A stretch of DNA of 64,000 nucleotides from Candidatus Rokubacteria bacterium 13_1_40CM_68_15. GTDB lineage: Bacteria > Methylomirabilota > Methylomirabilia > Rokubacteriales > CSP1-6. Positions 26,019 through 33,085 of this stretch are shown one piece after another. A model generated the notes under the pieces. The model saw only the letters and a list, made by a program, of their open reading frames with translations. It had not been told where the DNA came from and did not search any database. The translations under genes and the position numbers were made by a program. The stretch lies in the NCBI GenBank assembly GCA_001917585.1, contig MNEG01000048.1, forward strand, positions 23,362 through 87,361, read 5' to 3'. Each line of letters starts with the position of its first letter. Position 1 is the first letter of the stretch.

Positions 26019-28517
26019 GTGCGCGTGGCCCCGTCGGACCGCGTCTTCTATCTGACCACCCCGATCTACTACGTGAATGCGACGCCCCACCTGGGGCACG
26101 CCTACACGACGATCGTCGCCGACGCCATGGCCCGGTATCACCGGCTGGCCGGCCACGACGTGCGCTTCCTGACCGGCACCGACGAGCACGGCGACAAGAT
26201 CGCCCAGGCCGCGGCCAAGGCCGGCGTCCAGCCCCAGGCCTACACCGACCGCATCTCGGCCGCGTTCCGCCAGACGTGGCAGCGGCTCGGCATCAGCAAC
26301 GACGACTTCATCCGCACCACCGAGGAGCGGCACAAGACGATCGTGCAGCAGATTCTCCAGGCGCTCTGGGACGCCGGCGAGATCTACCTTGGCAAGTACG
26401 GCGGCCACTACTGCTTCGGCTGCGAGCGGTTCTACACCGAGAAGGAGATCGTCGACGGCAAGTGCCCCGATCACCAGACGCCGCTGACCTGGATCGAAGA
26501 GGAGAACTACTTCTTCAAGATGTCGAAGTACCAGGGCTGGCTGATCGACTACATCAACGCGCATCCCGACCTCATCCGACCCGAGCGCTATCGCAACGAG
26601 ATCCTGGGATTCCTGCGCGACCCGTTGCAGGACCTCTCCATCAGCCGGCCCCGCACGCGGCTCGAGTGGGGGATCCCGCTGCCGTTCGACGACAGGTACG
26701 TCACCTACGTGTGGTTCGACGCGCTCATCAATTACGTGTCGGCGCTCGGCAAGCCGGGCGGGGAGACGTTCAAGCGCTACTGGCCGCACGTCGAGCACCT
26801 CATCGGCAAGGACATCCTCAAGCCTCACGCCATCTACTGGCCGTGCATGCTCAAGGCGGTCGGCCTCGACGTCTTCCGCCATCTCGACGTCCACGGCTAC
26901 TGGAACATCGGTGGCGGCAAGATGTCCAAGTCCATCGGCAACGTGGTGGAGGCGCTGGCCCTGACCGACAAGTACGGCCACGACTACTGCTTCGGCTGCG
27001 AGCGGTTCTACACCGAGAAGGAGATCGTCGACGGCAAGTGCCCCGATCACCAGACGCCGCTGACCTGGATCGAAGAGGAGAACTACTTCTTCAAGATGTC
27101 GAAGTACCAGGGCTGGCTGATCGACTACATCAACGCGCATCCCGACCTCATCCGACCCGAGCGCTATCGCAACGAGATCCTGGGATTCCTGCGCGACCCG
27201 TTGCAGGACCTCTCCATCAGCCGGCCCCGCACGCGGCTCGAGTGGGGGATCCCGCTGCCGTTCGACGACAGGTACGTCACCTACGTGTGGTTCGACGCGC
27301 TCATCAATTACGTGTCGGCGCTCGGCAAGCCGGGCGGGGAGACGTTCAAGCGCTACTGGCCGCACGTCGAGCACCTCATCGGCAAGGACATCCTCAAGCC
27401 TCACGCCATCTACTGGCCGTGCATGCTCAAGGCGGTCGGCCTCGACGTCTTCCGCCATCTCGACGTCCACGGCTACTGGAACATCGGTGGCGGCAAGATG
27501 TCCAAGTCCATCGGCAACGTGGTGGAGGCGCTGGCCCTGACCGACAAGTACGGCCACGACGCCTTCCGCTACTTCCTCATGCGCGAGATGACGTTCGGCC
27601 TCGACGCTGACTTCTCGGAGGAGGCGCTCGTCGGCCGGCTGAACGCCGACCTCGCGAACGACCTCGGCAACCTCGTCTCGCGAGCGACGACGCTGCTGGC
27701 CAGGGCCGAGCCGACCGAGGATCCACAAAAGGCCTTCGTCCCAGCCGACCAGGAGGTCCGGGCTACGGCGGACGAAGCGCGCCACCGCGTCGAGCTGGCG
27801 ATGGAACAGTTCGCGTTGCACCGGGCGCTCGAGGCCATCTGGGAGTTCATCGGCTCGGTAAATCGGTACATCGACACCACCCAGCCCTGGGCCCTCGCGA
27901 AGGATCCGGCCAAGGCTTCCGAGCTCAATCGTGTGCTCGCGACGCTGGCCGACTCGCTGCGCTTCCTCGGCGTCATCCTCGCGCCGTTCCTTCCCGACGC
28001 AGCAGCCAAGATCCGGCGCGCGATCGGCGACGACCGTGAGCCTTCGCTGGCCAATGCGGTGGTGGGAAGAATCAACACGATCCCGCGCGTCGAGCGCCTG
28101 TCCGGACTTTTCCCCCGGGTCGAGGACAAGGCGCGGCCCGAGCGTCCGGCCGGCGCAGCCGAGGCCGGCGTGGCGTCGCAGGCCGCGACGTCGGGACGCG
28201 TCACCATCGACGAGTTCGGGAAGCTCGACTTCCGGGTGGCCGAGGTCATCGCGGCCGAACCCGTCCCCAAATCCCAAAAACTCCTGAAGCTCACGGTCTC
28301 GCTGGGGGATTCCCAGCGGACGCTGGTCGCCGGCATTGCCGAGCACTACACGCCGGCGGATCTCGTCGGCAAGAAGGTCGTGATCGTCGCCAACCTCGAG
28401 GCGGCCAAGCTCATGGGCATCGAGTCCCAGGGCATGGTGCTGGCGGGCTCGGCCGGCGATCGGCTGGCCGTCGTCACGCCGGACCGGGACCTGCCACCGG
28501 GCGCCCGGGTGAAATGA
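26019..28517 (+). CDS. metG: Methionine--tRNA ligase with a C-terminal tRNA-binding (Trbp111/EMAP-like) domain, carrying an internal 192-aa exact tandem duplication
   Basis: HLGHAYTT (HIGH motif), KMSKS present twice, Zn-knuckle CFGCERF...CPDHQ present twice, C-terminal FGKLDFRVAEVI. 832 aa as written; it would be 640 aa without the duplication. Confidence 0.9.
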   Translation: MRVAPSDRVFYLTTPIYYVNATPHLGHAYTTIVADAMARYHRLAGHDVRFLTGTDEHGDKIAQAAAKAGVQPQAYTDRISAAFRQTWQRLGISNDDFIRTTEERHKTIVQQILQALWDAGEIYLGKYGGHYCFGCERFYTEKEIVDGKCPDHQTPLTWIEEENYFFKMSKYQGWLIDYINAHPDLIRPERYRNEILGFLRDPLQDLSISRPRTRLEWGIPLPFDDRYVTYVWFDALINYVSALGKPGGETFKRYWPHVEHLIGKDILKPHAIYWPCMLKAVGLDVFRHLDVHGYWNIGGGKMSKSIGNVVEALALTDKYGHDYCFGCERFYTEKEIVDGKCPDHQTPLTWIEEENYFFKMSKYQGWLIDYINAHPDLIRPERYRNEILGFLRDPLQDLSISRPRTRLEWGIPLPFDDRYVTYVWFDALINYVSALGKPGGETFKRYWPHVEHLIGKDILKPHAIYWPCMLKAVGLDVFRHLDVHGYWNIGGGKMSKSIGNVVEALALTDKYGHDAFRYFLMREMTFGLDADFSEEALVGRLNADLANDLGNLVSRATTLLARAEPTEDPQKAFVPADQEVRATADEARHRVELAMEQFALHRALEAIWEFIGSVNRYIDTTQPWALAKDPAKASELNRVLATLADSLRFLGVILAPFLPDAAAKIRRAIGDDREPSLANAVVGRINTIPRVERLSGLFPRVEDKARPERPAGAAEAGVASQAATSGRVTIDEFGKLDFRVAEVIAAEPVPKSQKLLKLTVSLGDSQRTLVAGIAEHYTPADLVGKKVVIVANLEAAKLMGIESQGMVLAGSAGDRLAVVTPDRDLPPGARVK
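26407..27558 (+). repeat. Perfect head-to-tail tandem duplication of 576 bp (copy 1 at 26407-26982, copy 2 at 26983-27558), in frame inside metG
   Basis: Base-by-base reading shows the two copies are identical. Identity extends 2 nt further, to 27560. A ggccac motif occurs just upstream of copy 1 and again at the 3' end of both copies. Confidence 0.95.
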
Positions 28518-28750
28518 ATCGCGAGTACGTCGACGTCATCCTGGAGGTCGCCGCCCGCGACGCGTCCATCGCCCGCGCCCTCCGCGAGATCTGCGCGCTC
28601 GACGCCGCCGTGCGGTCGACCGCGCTCGACCTGATCAGCGCGCAGCTCGGCGGTCACGCGCTGGCCAAGGACCTGCGCGAGTGCGTGACGGCGCTGCGCC
28701 GGGACGACGTCGCCCGGCGGATCGCCGAGGCCCTGGCGTCGACGGGGTGA
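28514..28750 (+). CDS. Hypothetical small protein (78 aa)
   Basis: ATGA overlap with the metG stop and GTGA overlap with the next gene. Helical-looking sequence; no family recognised. Confidence 0.5.
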   Translation: MNREYVDVILEVAARDASIARALREICALDAAVRSTALDLISAQLGGHALAKDLRECVTALRRDDVARRIAEALASTG

Positions 28751-29736
28751 GCGAGCTCGCACCGTTCGTCCGCCGGTGGGGCATCTCGTTCGCGTCCCTC
28801 GTCGGCGGGCTCCTCACGCTGTTCGTGTTCCGCCGCGAATTGAGCCACGTCCGCTGGGTCGTGGGCTACGTCCTGCTCCTGTGGCTGCTCTTCGCGTTGA
28901 TCACCCAGGTCCGGCGAACGCTTGAGAGCTCGGAGAAGCGCGCGGCGCGCCTGTTGGTCACCGGCGTCGACTACACGATCCAGTCGCTCTACCACGGCAT
29001 CCTCCTCTTCCTGCTGCCCGCGTACTGGGCGAGCACGACGCTCACGTCGCGCAACGTGATGTTCTTCGCGGTGCTGGCCGGCCTCGCCCTGCTGGCCACG
29101 TTCGATCCGTGGTTCCGCGCGATCGTGCATCCGCGGCCGTGGGCGGGCGGCGTCTTCTTCTTCGTGTGTGTCTTCGGCGCGCTCGACGTGGCGCTCCCGC
29201 TCGTCGGCTTTCCGCCGCGCTACGCGCTCATGGTGAGCGCGTGGGCGGGCGTCATCGCGCTCGTGCCGGCGCTGTGCCTGGCCTGGCGGTGGCCGTGGCG
29301 CTGGAGCGTCGGGGTCAGCGCGCTTGCCGCGTTCATGGTCGCCTGGCTCGCGTACGCGGGGCGAGCCTGGCTGCCGCCCGTGCCGCTGAGCCTCGCCAGT
29401 CACGTGCTGGCCTGGAACGTCGGCACCATCGAGTCTCTCGAGCCGGTGACGCGGGCGATCAAGGCCGCCGACCTTCGAGCGCGCGGGCTGGTCGCCTACA
29501 CGGCGGTGTACGCGCCTGCCGGTCTCAAGCAGGGGATCCGGCACGTGTGGCAGCGTGAGGGAGAAGTGATCGACGACGTGAGCCTCTCGCCGGTGCATGG
29601 GGGACGCCGCGAGGGCTTTCGCACGTTCTCGCGCAAGACGGCGTTCCCCGAGAACGTCATCGGCCGCTGGTCAGTCGACGTGGTGACCGACTCGGGACAG
29701 CTCATCGGCCGCTTCCGGTTCCGCGTGATCCCGTGA
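28747..29736 (+). CDS. Membrane protein with a C-terminal soluble beta-rich domain (DUF2914-like by recollection)
   Basis: GTG start at 28747. About 7 hydrophobic segments, then GLVAYTAVYAP...RHVWQREGEVID...GRWSVDVVTDSGQLIGRFRFRV. Confidence 0.6.
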   Translation: MSELAPFVRRWGISFASLVGGLLTLFVFRRELSHVRWVVGYVLLLWLLFALITQVRRTLESSEKRAARLLVTGVDYTIQSLYHGILLFLLPAYWASTTLTSRNVMFFAVLAGLALLATFDPWFRAIVHPRPWAGGVFFFVCVFGALDVALPLVGFPPRYALMVSAWAGVIALVPALCLAWRWPWRWSVGVSALAAFMVAWLAYAGRAWLPPVPLSLASHVLAWNVGTIESLEPVTRAIKAADLRARGLVAYTAVYAPAGLKQGIRHVWQREGEVIDDVSLSPVHGGRREGFRTFSRKTAFPENVIGRWSVDVVTDSGQLIGRFRFRVIP

Positions 29737-30512
29737 GCGCCCCCGAGCTCTTCGACACTCACGCGCATCTGCACTTCCCCGAGTTCACCCGTGACCTGGC
29801 CGACGTCCTCGCCCGGGCTCGCGCGGCCGGTGTGAGCCGGATGGTGACGATCGGGACCGACGTGGCCACTTCGCAGGCGGCCATCGAGCTCGCGGGCCGC
29901 GAGGCCGACGTGTGGGCGGCGGTCGGAATCCATCCTCACGATGCCGCCGAGGCGGATGACGCGGCGTTCGCCGAGATCGCGCGGCTGGCGCGGGAGCCGC
30001 GGGTCGTCGCCGTCGGCGAGATCGGCCTCGATTTCTTCCGCAACCTGTCGCCCCGAGAGGCCCAGGAGCGCGTGTTCCGGCGCCTCCTCGCGCTCGGCCG
30101 TGAAGTCGGCAAGCCCGTCCTGATCCACTGCCGCGAGGCCCACGAGGACGTGCTCCGCCTGCTCGGTGAAGGACGCGTGGGCGAGATCGGCGGGATCATG
30201 CACTGCTTCTCGGGCGACGCCGCCATCGCCCGCCGGTGCCTGGACCTCGGCCTCTTGATCTCGCTGGCGGGACCGGTGACCTACCCGAACGCCCGCACGC
30301 TTCCCGACGTCGCGCGTCTCGTGCCCGCCGACCGCCTGGTGATCGAGACCGACTGCCCGTTCTTACCGCCTCAAGGCCATCGCGGCCAGCGCAACGAGCC
30401 CGCCTACCTGGCGCTGACGGCGGCCCGCGTGGCCGAGCTGCGCGGCGAGGCGCTCGAGTTGCTCGCCGCGCGGCTGAGCGACAACGCGCGGCGGCTCTTC
30501 AAGATCCCGTGA
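29733..30512 (+). CDS. TatD family metal-dependent hydrolase
   Basis: LFDTHAHL, GEIGLDF, IHCREA, ETDCPFLPP. Usual position downstream of metG. Confidence 0.9.
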   Translation: MSAPELFDTHAHLHFPEFTRDLADVLARARAAGVSRMVTIGTDVATSQAAIELAGREADVWAAVGIHPHDAAEADDAAFAEIARLAREPRVVAVGEIGLDFFRNLSPREAQERVFRRLLALGREVGKPVLIHCREAHEDVLRLLGEGRVGEIGGIMHCFSGDAAIARRCLDLGLLISLAGPVTYPNARTLPDVARLVPADRLVIETDCPFLPPQGHRGQRNEPAYLALTAARVAELRGEALELLAARLSDNARRLFKIP

Positions 30513-31447
30513 CGCTGCGCGATCTCGGCTTTTACTTGCGCGGCCGACTCAACAGCGGGCTCGGCCGCGTGCTGAACTCCGGGCGCGCGCCGGCGACGCC
30601 GCTGGCCCCACCCGTTCCGCTCGACGAGATCCTGCGTGGCGGCAACGGTCCGCTGGCCCTGGCCCGGCTGCTCGAGTCGCGCGCCAACGACGAGCGCGAG
30701 CGCGCGGTGGCCTGGTATCTCGAGCGCCGCGGCGTGCCGTTCACGCGGAGCCGGTTCGAGACGTTCGAGGGGCGCGGCGAGAACTTCACCGTGGACGTCG
30801 GCTCGGGCGATCGCGTCCTCGTGCTGATCGGCCACCACGACGCGGTGCCGGGCAGTCCCGGCGCCAACGACAACGCCGCCGCCGTCGGCATCCTGCTGCA
30901 TCTGCTGGAGCGGATCGCGGGCGACGTGCCGCCCCGCCTCCGCGTCCGCTTCCTCTTCACGGCCGCCGAGGAGCTCGGCTATCTCGGCGCGCGCGAGTAC
31001 GTCAAGCGCGAGCGGCTTCACGGGATCATCGGCGTCCTGAGCCTCGAGCTGTGCGGAATCGGCGATGCCCTCGCCGTGTGGGACACGCCCGAAGCGGGCG
31101 CGCCGGGATTCTTGACGTCGGTGGCGGGAGCGCTCGACACGCTCGGCCTTCGCCGCGACGCGGGCTATCATTTCGTCGGCCGCATTCCGGTCTTCGGCAG
31201 CGATCATCGCGCGTTCGCGGCCGCCGGCATCCCGGCCTATGGGTTCACCATCGTGCCATTCGCCGAGGCGGACGCGCTGCGCCAGTTCGTGTTCAGCCCG
31301 GTGCGGAGTGTGCTGCGCGCGATGGTGCGACGCCCGGTCCCCTTCGACACCTATCACACGCCCCGCGACGCGCTCGCCACGCTTCAGCCGGCGGCGCTCG
31401 AGGGCGTCGCGCGGGCGCTCACCGCCGTGATCGCGGGGCTCGGCTGA
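30509..31447 (+). CDS. M28 family metallopeptidase
   Basis: GTGA-coupled GTG start. LIGHHDAVPGSPGANDNAAAVGILLHL, TAAEELGYLGAREY, GSDHRAF. Confidence 0.8.
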   Translation: MTLRDLGFYLRGRLNSGLGRVLNSGRAPATPLAPPVPLDEILRGGNGPLALARLLESRANDERERAVAWYLERRGVPFTRSRFETFEGRGENFTVDVGSGDRVLVLIGHHDAVPGSPGANDNAAAVGILLHLLERIAGDVPPRLRVRFLFTAAEELGYLGAREYVKRERLHGIIGVLSLELCGIGDALAVWDTPEAGAPGFLTSVAGALDTLGLRRDAGYHFVGRIPVFGSDHRAFAAAGIPAYGFTIVPFAEADALRQFVFSPVRSVLRAMVRRPVPFDTYHTPRDALATLQPAALEGVARALTAVIAGLG

Positions 31448-31450
31448 GCG

Positions 31451-32035
31451 TCAGGCGACCGACGCGCTCCGCCGGAACAGCGCGATCGCCTGGTCGCTCC
31501 CGAGAATCTCGGCGCGGTGGTAGCGCTGCATGTACGCCAGCGCGTACTCGTGGGCGGCGCCGTCGGGCGAGGAGACGCCGTCCGAGATCACGCAGATCTC
31601 GTAGTTGAGGTAGAAGGCGTCGATGACGGTGTGCTGCACGCAGGCCTCGGTCCACGCTCCGGTGACGTAGAGCCGCTTGACGTCGAGCTCGCGGAGCACG
31701 GCATCGAGCCGGGTTCCGCTGAATCCGCTGTAGTGCTTCTTCGCGATCTGGTAGTCACCGGGCCTGGGCGCGAGCTCGTCGACCACGTCGGCATCCGGCG
31801 TGCCGATCACGCAGTGGGGACCCCAGATCTTGAAGTGCTTGTCGTGGCCCACCTCTTCGGGGAGGAAGTTGTCCTTCACGAAGACGATGGTCAGGCCCGC
31901 CTCGCGCCCGGCATCGATGACCCGTCGAACGGTGCCGAACAGCCGTCTGGCGTCGAGCGGATCGGGAAGGGTGGGGTCGTTCTTGAAGAACCCCTTGAGG
32001 AGATCGATGACGAGAATCGCGCTACGCGGAGGCAT
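31451..32035 (-). CDS. Isochorismatase family cysteine hydrolase
   Basis: LVIDLLKGF..., LYVTGAWTEACVQHT (catalytic Cys region). 194 aa. Confidence 0.85.
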   Translation of the reverse strand: MPPRSAILVIDLLKGFFKNDPTLPDPLDARRLFGTVRRVIDAGREAGLTIVFVKDNFLPEEVGHDKHFKIWGPHCVIGTPDADVVDELAPRPGDYQIAKKHYSGFSGTRLDAVLRELDVKRLYVTGAWTEACVQHTVIDAFYLNYEICVISDGVSSPDGAAHEYALAYMQRYHRAEILGSDQAIALFRRSASVA

Positions 32036-32297
32036 GGCGAGCGAGAAGGCGACGGCTACGGGCCGCGTCCGCCTCGGGCACGAGGATCTTGACCTCGCCC
32101 TGGGCGCCCACGGTGAAGGGATGGACGGAGTGAGCGATGCGCGAGCGCAGCACGGTCGGAATGCCCTCGCTCTCGAAGAGTCCCTTCACCACGATCGCCT
32201 CGGCCTGATCGCAGCGGTGCACCTCGGTGAGCGCGCGCTCGTCGGGCGGCGCGGGCTTCGTCGGAAACGGGATCACTTTGCCGCGTTTGGCCATCAC
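32022..32297 (-). CDS. DUF2007-like small protein (putative signal-transducing, PII-like fold)
   Basis: 91 aa. AEAIVVKGLFESEGIPTVLRS...ILVPEADAARSRRLL resembles the DUF2007 pattern. Confidence 0.55.
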   Translation of the reverse strand: MMAKRGKVIPFPTKPAPPDERALTEVHRCDQAEAIVVKGLFESEGIPTVLRSRIAHSVHPFTVGAQGEVKILVPEADAARSRRLLARHASA

Positions 32298-32323
32298 TGG
32301 GCACCCAGTATAATGCCGGCGCG

Positions 32324-33085
32324 ATGATCGTGACGGTCGGCGTCGTCGGCGACTTCGATCCCGGATTCCGTGCCCATCGCGCGACGGACGCGGCCCTCGG
32401 TCACGCGGCCCACGCGTTGTCCATCGCCGTCGACGTGCGCTGGTTGCCCACCGCGGCGCTGACGGCCGCGGACGCGGCGCCGACCCTCGAGCGCTGCGAC
32501 GGCCTGTGGATCGCGCCGGGCAGCCCGTATCAAAGCCTCGACGGAGCGCTGCGCGCCATCCGATTCGCGCGTGAACGGGATTGGCCCCTCGTGGCTACCT
32601 GAGGGGGCTTCCAACATGCTCTGTTAGAGTATGCGCGCAACGTCGCCGGGCTCCCGAACGCCCACCACGCCGAGTACGGTGGCGAGGCCGCGTCGGCGCT
32701 CATCGCGCCGATTGCGTGCGCCGTCACCGGCCGCGCTCCCGGCGCCGCCGCGCTGTCCGGCCCCCGGATGAAGGTCAGCGTGGTGGCCGGCACGCGCGCC
32801 GCCACGATCTACGGGCACCACGTGATCGAGGAGGAGTTCTTCTGCAACTACGGACTGAATCCTGAGTACCAGCAGCGCCTGGTGGCGGGCGGGCTCTCGC
32901 TGACCGGTTTCGATGAGCGCGGCGAGGTGCGGATGGCTGAGCTGCGCGATCGGCGCTTCTATCTGGCCACGCTGTTCCTTCCCCAGCTCGCCTCGACCGA
33001 GTCCAGCCCTCATCCGGTGGTCGTCGCGTTCGTCCGAGCGTCGGCGGCGTTCGCCGCGTCGCGTCCCGTCGCCTCGCTGACGTGA
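32324..33085 (+). CDS. CTP-synthase-C-terminal-domain-like (class I amidotransferase fold) protein with an in-frame TGA at 32600-32602 in place of the nucleophile Cys. Candidate selenoprotein; the alternative is a pseudogene.
   Basis: The ORFs at 32324-32602 and 32768-33085 are in the same frame, with no other stop between them. The joined translation reads ...RFARERDWPLVAT[TGA]GGFQHALLEYARNVAG...FYLATLFLPQLASTESSPHPVVVAFVRAS. It parallels E. coli PyrG ...PYFGICLGMQVALI.YAR.VA...[28 protein letters not shown]. Confidence 0.65.
32615..32633 (+). promoter_or_regulatory. Candidate bacterial SECIS hairpin (8-bp stem with one G-U pair, GUU loop), 12 nt downstream of the TGA at 32600
   Basis: catgctct-gtt-agagtatg. 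It is built from the codons CAT GCT CTG TTA GAG TAT, which look rare for this GC-rich sequence. Confidence 0.55.

Noticed and set aside
25920-28346. An 808-aa minus-strand ORF with internal repeats.
   Set aside because: It is antisense to metG. Its internal repeat simply mirrors the 576-bp metG duplication, and its composition is typical of a GC-rich shadow frame. The long antisense ORFs 33010-35673, 51689-53773, 3551-4918, 9193-10482 and 54192-55316 were rejected for the same reason.
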